In this document: piece after piece, positions 22,209-31,908 of the stretch
Layout of the letters: every line of letters begins with the position of its first letter
How positions within the stretch are numbered: position 1 is the first letter of the stretch
Source: Candidatus Heimdallarchaeota archaeon
GTDB taxonomy: Archaea; Asgardarchaeota; Heimdallarchaeia; Heimdallarchaeales; Heimdallarchaeaceae
Direction: 5' to 3'
Assembly (NCBI GenBank): GCA_019057815.1
Contig: JAHLWR010000016.1
Coordinates: 1-64,000, forward strand
Length of the DNA stretch: 64,000 nucleotides
The notes under the pieces: generated by a model
Database searches by the model: none
What the model was told of the DNA's origin: nothing
What the model saw: the letters and a program-made list of their open reading frames with translations, nothing else
Program-made: the position numbers and the translations under genes

Positions 22209-23042
22209 TTAGAGGTTTTTAATAACAACATAAAATTGCTCAAGCATCATTTTCAGACGTCCACTCTCCACTTCATATGGAAATTGAGGAAAGTCAGTTC
22301 GATTGACCAGTTCTTCTTTGGGGACATTTTGTTCCACAAGCTCCTCAATTTTCTTAGTAAGTTCAGTTAGATATTTTTTATGAAGTTCAAGTTCTTTATT
22401 CGATGTTACAGGTCCATGTCCTGGAATAATAATATTAGCTCGCAACTCTAGCATTTTGTCAATAGCTTCTATCCATAAATATGGATTAGCAGTGGGATCG
22501 CCACCATATGGGAATGTTTCAGAAAATATCAAATCACCTGAAAATATCAAAGCATCGCTAGGGACATAGACAAATGCACTTCCTCTTGTATGACCATGTG
22601 TTTCAATAATCTCTATTTGCCTACCTTCATCATCTAGTGTTAGTTTACCAGTGAATGTCTCGTTGGGAAGAACTATCTTCAGATTTTGCCATTTTTCTTT
22701 TAAGTCAGGATTATTTTCAGCCCACGTTTTTAGATTCTCTTCTGTTGATTGTTTTCGCTCCTTCATTATTTCATTTGTAAAAATTGTAGAAATAATGCGA
22801 CAATCCTCGAAAACCTGATTCCCAAATACATGATCACTATGGCAATGCGTATTTACTAGTATTCTTACTGGAAGCTTTGTTTCCTTTTCAGCTATATCCC
22901 TTATATTCTTCAAAGTTACTGGGTCCATTCCTGAATCTAACATTACTACAAAGTTTTTCAATCTCACAAAAGCTACATTACCTCTTGTTTCTCCTTTTGT
23001 ATGTGCCCAAACATTTTCTGTCAATTTCAACATCTCAACCAT
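22209..23042 (-). CDS. MBL-fold metallo-hydrolase (cyclase-like)
   Basis: THCHSDHVFGN, GHTRG, SGDL, PGHG; GGTGA SD before ATG at 23042. Confidence 0.9.
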   Translation of the reverse strand: MVEMLKLTENVWAHTKGETRGNVAFVRLKNFVVMLDSGMDPVTLKNIRDIAEKETKLPVRILVNTHCHSDHVFGNQVFEDCRIISTIFTNEIMKERKQSTEENLKTWAENNPDLKEKWQNLKIVLPNETFTGKLTLDDEGRQIEIIETHGHTRGSAFVYVPSDALIFSGDLIFSETFPYGGDPTANPYLWIEAIDKMLELRANIIIPGHGPVTSNKELELHKKYLTELTKKIEELVEQNVPKEELVNRTDFPQFPYEVESGRLKMMLEQFYVVIKNL

Positions 23043-23071
23043 TTTAGTCACCAAATATTCTAATGCTCAAT

Positions 23072-24997
23072 TTACAGCTTATCAATTTCTTTTAATATCG
23101 TTTTCGATATTTTTTCGACTTTTATGTCGATAGTTTCAATAGATTTCCTTTTAGTTTCCATTTTTTCGAACAAATCATTCATTTTTGTTACGTATTTAGC
23201 TCGTGTCTTTCCTTCTTCACCCTCACTTCGCAAAACTTGTATGGATTTGGTTATATTTTGATATTCGCTTTCCATTCTTTTAATGCTTTTTTCCTCTGAA
23301 TCTCTCTGTACAACAAGCTTCTGTTTTTCTGTTCTCAAATCTCTTATTTTCTTTATTATCGTTCCTTGTTTCTCATCTATTGTTTCTAAGTCAAGTAATT
23401 CTTCTAGAACCTGATCTGATACAGAGGCGATTGATACACTTTGTGAAGTTTTTCGAAAAGTGTGAATTTTCGCTTTAAGGCTGGATTTTTCTTCAATTTT
23501 TATTTTTGCTCGAAAATAGTTTGGAGTTTCTTTGACTTCAATTTTAGATTTTTTCTTGTCTACTTCGTAGCCATATAGTTTTGGTGTTTCAAGAATTATC
23601 TGTTTCTCTTCATCTGCTTTATTTTCGATCTCAAAAAGATATTCTGTCTTGTTTATGAAACTTTCAACATAATAATATCCAGAAAGAGAGATGTTTACTA
23701 GCTTAGTTGAGGATTCTTCGCTTTGCTTGATGTATATATCTTGTTCTAAACGGTGAGGGATAATTTGTTTCTCATCTTTTGGAACCCTTTGCAGCATAGC
23801 CTCCCCTGAATAATCTCCTTTTTCATATATTGTTACAGGTCCTTCTTCCCAAGCATATCCAGATTTATTTTCAATCTCTATTGCACCAAAGGGATGTGAT
23901 GCATGGTTAGCTCTATTGTAGATGTAAATCTTCTCTTTTGGCACATCAGTAGAATGTAGAAGTAGAAGAGCTGATTCTCCTTTTTTAATAGTAACCAGCT
24001 GTTTTAAACTGAAAGTAACACTTTCTGTTGTTGTTACAATTTCAGCTTCTTGTTCTGCTGTTTCTTCATATTCGTAAGGTTCTTCAATCGCAGCAGCACC
24101 AACAAAGTCCATTTTAGCTACTGCCCTTTTTGCTCTTTTAGGAGCAGCCATAGGAGCTAATTTAGGAGAAGGTCTTGGTTCGAATTCTGCTTCAGGTTTC
24201 ATAACACTAATACCTGTCTGTGTAGGTCTAGAAACGTAAGGTCTGTCTATTAGCCATGGAGAGCTCATATCATACTTAAATGAAATTGGAAGGCCTGTTA
24301 GAAGCTGAACTTGGGCATCGATCCAATCAATTTGAGTATTGTTACTCACTAAAGCCCACAGCTCAAATACAGCTTTTTCTTCTCCTATACTATATATTCG
24401 GTAAGATGATTGCCATGCGGGTAGTTCAGTAAGATATGAAACTACAATATCCTTTTCACTTTCATCAGTAAATGAGATTTTTATGTTTTTAACGTCTTCC
24501 TTTTTGCTTTTAGAAAGCAAATCTAGCTGATCATTTAGTGATTTTCTGAAATACTCTTCTGCAGGAAAAATACTTTCTATCTCTTTAGAAGCAACTTGTT
24601 TAATCAGATTGTCTGGAGATGAGAGAACAATTGTGATTTCAGCACCATCATCCTTATTCTCTGATTCACTTTCTTGATACCCTACTAATCTTCCCTCATA
24701 TTTTTCTCCATTTAAGAGATTAATCTGAATTCTAGAACCCGAAAGCAAGTCTAAAATTGATGTTAAAGCACATCCACTTTGCTCAATCTCTATTTCTCCT
24801 TTCGTTTCAGAATCAAAAGAAATTGAAGATAATAGTGATTCCCCTTCGATGTCAACATGAAACGTTTTTAAAAAATCATCAGTCTGTTTTTTCAATACAG
24901 GGAATAAAATATCCTTTTCCTTACATCGTGCTTGAGCTGAAAGCCATCCAACACCCATTTTATAGAGTTTAACTTCTTTAATTTCGAAAATAACCAT
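23072..24997 (-). CDS. DUF4139-family protein with C-terminal coiled coil
   Basis: VKLYKMGVG, PAWQSSYRI, WALVSNNTQIDW, LLTGLPISF, EEGPVTIY. Confidence 0.75.
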   Translation of the reverse strand: MVIFEIKEVKLYKMGVGWLSAQARCKEKDILFPVLKKQTDDFLKTFHVDIEGESLLSSISFDSETKGEIEIEQSGCALTSILDLLSGSRIQINLLNGEKYEGRLVGYQESESENKDDGAEITIVLSSPDNLIKQVASKEIESIFPAEEYFRKSLNDQLDLLSKSKKEDVKNIKISFTDESEKDIVVSYLTELPAWQSSYRIYSIGEEKAVFELWALVSNNTQIDWIDAQVQLLTGLPISFKYDMSSPWLIDRPYVSRPTQTGISVMKPEAEFEPRPSPKLAPMAAPKRAKRAVAKMDFVGAAAIEEPYEYEETAEQEAEIVTTTESVTFSLKQLVTIKKGESALLLLHSTDVPKEKIYIYNRANHASHPFGAIEIENKSGYAWEEGPVTIYEKGDYSGEAMLQRVPKDEKQIIPHRLEQDIYIKQSEESSTKLVNISLSGYYYVESFINKTEYLFEIENKADEEKQIILETPKLYGYEVDKKKSKIEVKETPNYFRAKIKIEEKSSLKAKIHTFRKTSQSVSIASVSDQVLEELLDLETIDEKQGTIIKKIRDLRTEKQKLVVQRDSEEKSIKRMESEYQNITKSIQVLRSEGEEGKTRAKYVTKMNDLFEKMETKRKSIETIDIKVEKISKTILKEIDKL

Positions 24998-25040
24998 ATA
25001 TCAAAATAATAAATACTCAATAAAAAGGTTATTAGAATCA

Positions 25041-25874
25041 TCATTCGAGTGTATCGAAAAAGTCTTTTACATAATCACCAATAATTTCATGATTTCCAAC
25101 TATAATTCTATGAGCATCCCCAAAACTTATGAGCTTTGACTTAGGATGAAGAGTTGCAAATAATTTTGAATTTTCTGGATCTGTAAACCAATCTTGTTCA
25201 GCAATAAGCACTAAAATAGGAAGGTCCAATTCTTTTTCTCTACCTCTGATATCATATTTATGAATGAATTCTATCAATATTCGAAGCTGTATATACAAAC
25301 CTGCTTCCTTAAATCTTTTTAATGCATAATCTAGATTTTCTGTTTCTTTTGGAGTCTTAAATTTGAGATAAATTCTAAGTATAAAGACTACGAATTTTTG
25401 TGCTAACCATAATAAAGGATAAGGTAGTAATTTTAAAACATCAAACCACCATTTGGTCTTGAACTTCGATTCTGGACTTGCTGATAACATACCTTTAGGT
25501 TTCACACCATTCTTTGTTAGGTAATATAAATATGATAAAGCTGATCCTATACAACTTCCCCAGATGAAGAATTCATCATCTTTTAAATTATATAATTTAA
25601 TAACCTTAGATAAGTCATCTGTATATTCCTCAACTCCCCATATACCTCGTTTATGCGGTTTACTTGATTTGCCAAATCCTCTAGGTTCATATATTATAAT
25701 ATTTGCATATCTCTGAAATGACTCAATCAGAGGTGTTCTTGCTTCGATTGAATCTAACCAACCAGGAATCATAATAATGGATCGATTTTGATAACTCTCA
25801 TTTAAGCATTGAAAATATTTGTACCTAAGCTGTATAAATGGCTTCTTTGAAACTTCAAGATATCTATCTTCCAC
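25041..25874 (-). CDS. alpha/beta hydrolase
   Basis: IPGW, EPRGFGKS, GSCIG nucleophile elbow, D..T and H near the C-terminus. Confidence 0.82.
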   Translation of the reverse strand: MEDRYLEVSKKPFIQLRYKYFQCLNESYQNRSIIMIPGWLDSIEARTPLIESFQRYANIIIYEPRGFGKSSKPHKRGIWGVEEYTDDLSKVIKLYNLKDDEFFIWGSCIGSALSYLYYLTKNGVKPKGMLSASPESKFKTKWWFDVLKLLPYPLLWLAQKFVVFILRIYLKFKTPKETENLDYALKRFKEAGLYIQLRILIEFIHKYDIRGREKELDLPILVLIAEQDWFTDPENSKLFATLHPKSKLISFGDAHRIIVGNHEIIGDYVKDFFDTLE

Positions 25875-25952
25875 AAGCAGCGTAATATGTGAAGTTAAAA
25901 AGTTTATTCAAACACTACTCCCATAAAAATTCACGAAAGGTTTATTTAAAAC

Positions 25953-26828
25953 ATGTTTTTCTCCACTGTTATGAAAGTAAAAATAGTAGTTGATAGTTGT
26001 GGTGACACTCATCAAAGTGTTTTAGAAAAATATGATATTGGAATGATTCCTCTAAATATCCATATAGGAAAGATGATGAGAGATGGAATTGACATAACAC
26101 CTGAAGATTACTACAAAATTATTGAAGATGTTGAACTCCCAGATACTTCCGCTCCTAATCTTTCCCAATGGAAAGAATGCTTTGATACTTATCTTGAAAA
26201 AGATAATTATGATAAATTGGTTTTAGTAACAATAGCTCAGAAATTGTCTAATACTTATGAACAAGCGTGTGTTGCCGCTAGAAAATATTATCCAAGTAAA
26301 ATAGAGGTACTTGATTCAATGAGTGCATCTGCTGGTGAAGGTATAGTAGCTATCAAGTTTAGTGAGCTATTGAAAAAAGGATATGACTCTACTACTGTAT
26401 ATAATTTTATGCAAAATCTTCGCTTAAAAGTTGTTCAAATAGGTTATATGAATACTTTGAAAATGTTAGTCAAATCGGGCAGAATAAGTAAAGCAAGTGA
26501 ATTTATCGCGTCCATAGGAAGATTAAAACCTATGATTATTACGAAAAACGGTGAAAATTTACCCTTAGGTAAAGCTATTAGCTTAAAAAGCGCTAAGAAA
26601 AAAGCAATCGAAGAAATGGCTGAAAGAATAGATCCCTCTTTAAGTTATTCACTCTTTGTTACACATGCAGAAGCAAAAGAATCAGCTAAAGAACTAGAGG
26701 AAATTATGAAAGAACGGTTTTCAATTAGTAAATCATTCATAAGCTATATGGGACCTGTTGTTGGAAGCAGAATGGGAAAAGGTGCGGTTTTTATTACAAC
26801 TATTCCTGATTTGGAACCAACTGAATAA
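25953..26828 (+). CDS. degV: DegV family fatty-acid-binding protein
   Basis: IVVDS, DG.DI, PDTSAP, LSNTY, DSMSASAGEG, SGRI, MGPVVG; start may be 25971. Confidence 0.9.
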   Translation: MFFSTVMKVKIVVDSCGDTHQSVLEKYDIGMIPLNIHIGKMMRDGIDITPEDYYKIIEDVELPDTSAPNLSQWKECFDTYLEKDNYDKLVLVTIAQKLSNTYEQACVAARKYYPSKIEVLDSMSASAGEGIVAIKFSELLKKGYDSTTVYNFMQNLRLKVVQIGYMNTLKMLVKSGRISKASEFIASIGRLKPMIITKNGENLPLGKAISLKSAKKKAIEEMAERIDPSLSYSLFVTHAEAKESAKELEEIMKERFSISKSFISYMGPVVGSRMGKGAVFITTIPDLEPTE

Positions 26829-26958
26829 TAGGAGACAATCAGGTCAGTCTCCTTCCTTCAATAAACTGTCAGAAATTAGATGCCTTCGTAAAAACTTTGC
26901 TAAAATATAAGGAAATAGAATTTAACAAAATGATTCAAGGGTATGATACTCACTGGAT

Positions 26959-27372
26959 CTAGTCTGTGTCTTCTACAGATGCCCATAACACTTGACCATT
27001 ACCAGCATCTACTATGATTTCATAATATGCATTATCATATATTAAAACTATTTTCCACACCAAATAACCATTCTCATTTTCGAGAAAACTGGATACTATA
27101 GTTCCACTTGTAGTATAATCTAACGCAATTTGTTCTGCTTGTATCTGACTGATATCTGCAAAAACTAAGAGATCACCATCGTAATTTTCATCGACAGCTA
27201 TGCTTCCTACATAATCAGGAAACTGATGATCGCCTTCAAAATTGCCGTCTTCCTCTGGTATTATATTAAATGGTAAAGTTATTACACCAGTTACACTAAG
27301 TATTCCAATAACACCAAAAGCCACAAGTAGAAGTGTGCTTGTGCCTAGTATGTATTTTGTTTTTGTTTTCAT
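26959..27372 (-). CDS. membrane-anchored PepSY-domain protein
   Basis: N-terminal TM; ISQIQAEQIAL...LENENGYLVW...VDAGNGQVL; ATG at 27372. Confidence 0.82.
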   Translation of the reverse strand: MKTKTKYILGTSTLLLVAFGVIGILSVTGVITLPFNIIPEEDGNFEGDHQFPDYVGSIAVDENYDGDLLVFADISQIQAEQIALDYTTSGTIVSSFLENENGYLVWKIVLIYDNAYYEIIVDAGNGQVLWASVEDTD

Positions 27373-27489
27373 CAATAGATAAATCTCATCTATATTAAAT
27401 AGGTTATTGGTACAGATTTTTATTCCTCTAGTACAACTATTTAATTTACAGATATTTCTCAAAAAAAAGATAAATAGCACATCCGTCAG

Positions 27490-27531
27490 ATGAACTACTC
27501 CTACCTTAAGGAAGGGAACTTCTGCCATCCA
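27490..27531 (-). mobile_element. 42-bp IS200/IS605 mini-element (fused left and right ends; PATE-like)
   Basis: 27490-27506 is identical to 45713-45729 (right end); 27508-27525 AAGGAAGGGAACTTCTGC closely matches 47038-47055 AAGGAAGGGGATTTCTGC (left end). Confidence 0.8.
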
Positions 27532-28056
27532 TCAGTTAAATTTAGCTTCAATGGAATCTAAAAATCTCTCCCATCTATTTGGGTAAATCTCTCTCCCCAA
27601 TTTGCTTATCAGTTCTTTATCAAATAATAATTCTAGTGTAACTTCTCTACCCCTTCGACAAGGTTTAATCAATTCATCTTCAGTTAGTCTTTTTATGTGC
27701 CAATGTAAAGCAGAAGGAGACATTTCAAGAACTTTTGCTAATTCCTTAATAGATAGATTATGCATTTCTGGTGATTGGCTTAATAGCAACAAAATCTGCC
27801 GTGGGACAGTTTTTCGCAGATTAGCAATAAGTATCATAACACTTCCAATCCTCAACCTCCAAGTAAAATCAAAAAATAGTTTCAAATTGCGATGATGGAC
27901 ACTGATAATTCGTTCTCCTTTTTCCAATCGTTGCAGATGATATTCTACTACACCTAATTGTCGACCTGATTCTTCTAGTATCTGCCTGAAATGAATCCCT
28001 GGATGGGATTCAATTATCTTGTAAATATCTTCTGCAGTGTCGACAAATTCAGTCAC
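27532..28056 (-). CDS. double winged-HTH transcriptional regulator
   Basis: PGIHFRQI...GVVEYHLQRLE and SIKELAKVLEMSPSALHWHIKRL; GGAGG SD before GTG at 28056. Confidence 0.85.
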   Translation of the reverse strand: MTEFVDTAEDIYKIIESHPGIHFRQILEESGRQLGVVEYHLQRLEKGERIISVHHRNLKLFFDFTWRLRIGSVMILIANLRKTVPRQILLLLSQSPEMHNLSIKELAKVLEMSPSALHWHIKRLTEDELIKPCRRGREVTLELLFDKELISKLGREIYPNRWERFLDSIEAKFN

Positions 28057-28060
28057 AAGA

Positions 28061-28462
28061 TTATTCCTCCTGAGGTTTTTTAGGAAGGATTTTTTCTGGA
28101 AGTGTTTTATCAAAAGACGAATTTTCCTGACTTGTCTTTTTCTTTTGTATTTTTTCCTCAAAAGTTATTGGTAGATGTTTTTCTGGTACTAATAAAACAA
28201 TTAAGATCAATAAAACCATAATAAATCCAAAAATAGCAGCAAGCAAATTTGGAATCTCAGAAGACCAATCTTCTGGAAAAAGAACATCCAAATTTCTGAT
28301 TACCACTTGTACAGCAGCAGCAAGAGATGCTAAAAATATCAAGAAAAACTTACGCCTTTTATACCGAACAAATAAACTCAAGAAAATAATTGCAATTATA
28401 AATAAAATGATTCCACTCAAGAAAACAAGTATATCTTCAATATTTGATATTTGAATTGACAT
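28061..28462 (-). CDS. 3-TM membrane protein, likely co-transcribed with the regulator
   Basis: three hydrophobic segments; 4-nt gap to the regulator. Confidence 0.7.
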   Translation of the reverse strand: MSIQISNIEDILVFLSGIILFIIAIIFLSLFVRYKRRKFFLIFLASLAAAVQVVIRNLDVLFPEDWSSEIPNLLAAIFGFIMVLLILIVLLVPEKHLPITFEEKIQKKKTSQENSSFDKTLPEKILPKKPQEE

Positions 28463-28572
28463 AACTACTTCAAGTTTGCTTGATGAAAAAGGATTTTATA
28501 ATGTTTGGTACGAATCTTAAATTGAACTAAACAAATTCAGATAAAGAATAAGAACAATTAATTCTTTTTATC

Positions 28573-29634
28573 TCAGAGCTCGATTAAACTACGAATCTTT
28601 AGAATGTCATTCAAAATCATAAATACAGAATTGTCAAGTGTTCTAAAAACATCGCCTATAGATATCATTAAAGTAAGATTTTTTCTAGAACGAGCTTCTT
28701 TGTACAAATATTTTTTGACATCTAAAGGTATTTTCTCAGCTGGTTCAATAGTCATCAGAAAAAATTTGGTCGAAGGGCTGTTTAGGGAAAGTTCTTCAAG
28801 ATTTTTAAAATGCCTTTCTGCTGATTTTAAATCTTCAAATGATCCGATATATAAGTAATAATTTATATCTCTGAAAAACTCGATTCCTGCAATTGTATCA
28901 AGATCAAAAAGCAATGACATTACAATACGCATAAACAATGTATCAATTCGGACAACATATTCATTTCTTGTTAATTCGTAAATGAAATCTATGTTTTGAA
29001 AATGAAACAGTGATTGAATTAGGATATTATAAGCTACAGTATCTGCAGAAATTACTCCAATTTTTATTCTCCTATTAAGGAGCTGAGTCAACATTTGAAT
29101 ATTATGAAATCTATTAGCAATATCACGGACAATATCCTCTATTCGTTTAGACTCTATTTGTTCATCTAAAAGAATGTTCTCTATTAAATCTTCACTCAGC
29201 ATTTCTAAGTCTTTTATTTTTATTTGTTGAATATCTTTAAATTGCTGCAGAAACAATTCTATAGTTTCGTAGATGCGGTTATAACCGAATTTAGCTTGTT
29301 GATCGCTTCCTTTGTGATAAAAAACTAATAATTGACACACAGCTAAACCAGTTTTAGTAATAGCTCGTTGATCTCTGACTTTTGAATCTTTCTTCCTAAA
29401 AGAGGCTACTAGTAAGTGATACTGATCGTGATGTGGGATCGGTAAAGGTCCATATACTTGCAGATTTGGTGTCGTTGCAGAAGATACTACAGTACTATAA
29501 AAATTTCCCAATGCGGTTATCTCTTCATTTGGAATATCTGGTATTGATACTGTATTTCTTAATTCCATTCCTGTTTCATCTAAAACTAGAAGAGAAACAT
29601 AGGGGAGGAAGAGCGTTCCTGGCATTTTAATCAA
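28573..29634 (-). CDS. hypothetical protein: longin-like N-domain plus degenerate Rag-like GTPase domain
   Basis: YGPLPIP...DQR N-terminal block; C-terminal FFRDINYYLYI...LEELSLNSPSTKFFL resembles Rag/Gtr; no P-loop. Confidence 0.5.
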   Translation of the reverse strand: MIKMPGTLFLPYVSLLVLDETGMELRNTVSIPDIPNEEITALGNFYSTVVSSATTPNLQVYGPLPIPHHDQYHLLVASFRKKDSKVRDQRAITKTGLAVCQLLVFYHKGSDQQAKFGYNRIYETIELFLQQFKDIQQIKIKDLEMLSEDLIENILLDEQIESKRIEDIVRDIANRFHNIQMLTQLLNRRIKIGVISADTVAYNILIQSLFHFQNIDFIYELTRNEYVVRIDTLFMRIVMSLLFDLDTIAGIEFFRDINYYLYIGSFEDLKSAERHFKNLEELSLNSPSTKFFLMTIEPAEKIPLDVKKYLYKEARSRKNLTLMISIGDVFRTLDNSVFMILNDILKIRSLIEL

Positions 29635-29670
29635 CTTTCATGTTTTGAAGATTTTTCCTAGTAGGAGTCA

Positions 29671-30186
29671 CTATTTTTTACTCAATCTTTTCTTTAATAT
29701 CTTTTCTGTTATTTCTTTATCTGAAAGTTCAAATTGTTTATGAGCTGGTTTTTCTATAAATGAAAATAACAAAGTAAATATTAACAAGATTCTGCATAGA
29801 CGAATCACATGATAACCCAGACTTACCGTATTCTGGATATGTTCAGTTGGTATTAAGAATCTTAGACTTTCAGCCCAAAAGGTATTTCCTTCTGATAGCC
29901 ATACATTTACTGACAATTCTAAACTATAAGCCATTGCTATAGCTAAGGCTAAAAGAAGAACTCTTACCACTCTTGTATTCGATTTTCTTATCAAGTTTAT
30001 ACCATTAAAAAGTCCTATATCATGTGCAGCAACCCACATAGTTGCTGCCAAGTAAATCCATAGTGGTGGGGATTCTTGTATATCCAACCAAGTCAGTGCA
30101 TATCTATCCTGAAAATAAACAGGCATAAATATTGTAAGAAAACCTACAATAAATGCAAGGATGGAGAGTTTAGAAGAAATCCTCAT
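29671..30186 (-). CDS. membrane protein, ~4 TM
   Basis: hydrophobic segments and basic tail. Confidence 0.65.
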   Translation of the reverse strand: MRISSKLSILAFIVGFLTIFMPVYFQDRYALTWLDIQESPPLWIYLAATMWVAAHDIGLFNGINLIRKSNTRVVRVLLLALAIAMAYSLELSVNVWLSEGNTFWAESLRFLIPTEHIQNTVSLGYHVIRLCRILLIFTLLFSFIEKPAHKQFELSDKEITEKILKKRLSKK

Positions 30187-30311
30187 TACAAATCTTTTTG
30201 AAGCAGAACTTATATGTTTATCTCTAAAAAGAAAAAATATTAGATATTTTGATTAAATGGGTACATTAATTAAACAGAACTCCACAACATTAAATATCAC
30301 ACTAAAAAACA

Positions 30312-31214
30312 ATGATTTATATGATTTCAGACTCCACTAGAAAGCATATAACCAATGCTGCTTTATCTTATGTATTTGCAGCAATGCTTTTTTCATTTCT
30401 CAGATTCTTTGATTTTAGTAGTCTTTTAGTTGTAGTCAGTATTTTTATTATGTTAAAAATATTTGCTGTAAGCTGGTTAGGTTATGGTTTATACGTTTTT
30501 CAATCAGAAGAAAAAAATAAGAATCTTTTTTATGTAAGTCTTTTAATTTTAGGAGGAGCAGCTCTTGAATTTATTATTGTGGTGCTACAAATTCTAATAG
30601 GATATGAAATCTTATCTTTTGGAAATTCAGGAGATTTAATCTTGAATATTGCTTTTATTTCACCATATATCGTTTATCTTATTGGGTTTTTCTTATTACG
30701 TGAAATTGTTGATTCTTTCTTTAAAACTAAAAGAAATGTGTTTAGAGGACAAATGTCTTTACCTCTAGGTTATGGGATATATATTGTTTCACTAATCGTT
30801 TTAATTGTAAAACCTCTTGAGTTGATTTTAGAAGATGGAAAACTAGTTGCAACAGATCCGACTTACTTCATGGTAATGAATTTCATGGAAATTGCTGTAC
30901 TAGTAATGCTTGTTCTTGGTTATTGGAACCTCAGGAGAACTTTTCTTGTACTCGATAGAGTGCCTAAACAATTATTAGAGAGGATTAAACCTCTAACTTA
31001 CACACAAGCACAAAGTCCTTATGATTCAAGATATCAACAAATTAAACAACCTACACAACCTGGATTTGGAGCCATACCACCAGAGCAAACAGTAAAAGAG
31101 ATTCAACAACCAGTTGAAAGAAAAAAAATGTTCTGTATTCAATGTGGACTAGAACTTGACCCTGATGCTAGATTCTGTCCTCATTGTGGATCTGACAACC
31201 CTTACTTAACTTGA
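30312..31214 (+). CDS. 6-TM membrane protein with Q/P linker and C-terminal zinc ribbon
   Basis: FCIQCG...ARFCPHCG. Confidence 0.78.
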   Translation: MIYMISDSTRKHITNAALSYVFAAMLFSFLRFFDFSSLLVVVSIFIMLKIFAVSWLGYGLYVFQSEEKNKNLFYVSLLILGGAALEFIIVVLQILIGYEILSFGNSGDLILNIAFISPYIVYLIGFFLLREIVDSFFKTKRNVFRGQMSLPLGYGIYIVSLIVLIVKPLELILEDGKLVATDPTYFMVMNFMEIAVLVMLVLGYWNLRRTFLVLDRVPKQLLERIKPLTYTQAQSPYDSRYQQIKQPTQPGFGAIPPEQTVKEIQQPVERKKMFCIQCGLELDPDARFCPHCGSDNPYLT

Positions 31215-31233
31215 AAAAAATAGTGATATTACT

Positions 31234-31908
31234 ATGAAACTCCCTGCTGATATTAAGAAACATCTATTTTATAGTTCTTGGGCTTTGATGATTTTACAAA
31301 TGATATTAGTAGCAACTAGTACTATACAAATAGATATTTCACAAGTAACTATCATTGCTTACAATTGTGCATTAATTCTATTTGCTATAGGATTATTAAG
31401 AATGAATTCCCATATCGATTTCAAATTTTGGAAATATACTGCATTTTTGCTCATTGTTGCTCCTCTTTTAAGTCTAGTTCATACTATTCTATTTTTTATT
31501 TTCGAAGAACAATGGGAAACATTTCTTACAGTACGGATTGTCTTTATAATAACAACCCTAGTTCTTATAGCTACAGCATTTATTGGTGTCAAAAAGATAA
31601 TAGATACACTTTATTCATTAAAAATAACCGGAAGGAGCGGTAAGTACTACCTTTCTTTTGGGAATTTATTATTATTATTTCCATACATAGCAGCTTGGTA
31701 TGAGGAGTATATCTATCCAATGAAAATTGAATCTTGGCTAGAAACATCATCACTCATAATTTTCCTAGTATCTACGTTCTTCATTATATTGGGTTATCTA
31801 GATTTAGGTTTTACATTGAAATCTCTTACAGATGAAGATAATGACATAATTTCCAACTTTAACAATGATGAAGATGTGCTAACTGAATTACCAGGTGATA
31901 ACAATTAG
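31234..31908 (+). CDS. 6-TM membrane protein (paralog of neighbours)
   Basis: TM pattern and LGY.xL motif shared with 30312. Confidence 0.72.
   Translation: MKLPADIKKHLFYSSWALMILQMILVATSTIQIDISQVTIIAYNCALILFAIGLLRMNSHIDFKFWKYTAFLLIVAPLLSLVHTILFFIFEEQWETFLTVRIVFIITTLVLIATAFIGVKKIIDTLYSLKITGRSGKYYLSFGNLLLLFPYIAAWYEEYIYPMKIESWLETSSLIIFLVSTFFIILGYLDLGFTLKSLTDEDNDIISNFNNDEDVLTELPGDNN

Noticed and set aside
27373-27528. Long N-terminal extensions of the PepSY ORF (to 27528) and the regulator ORF (to 28161)
   Set aside because: They run through the IS mini-element or overlap the upstream gene; better starts are at 27372 and 28056
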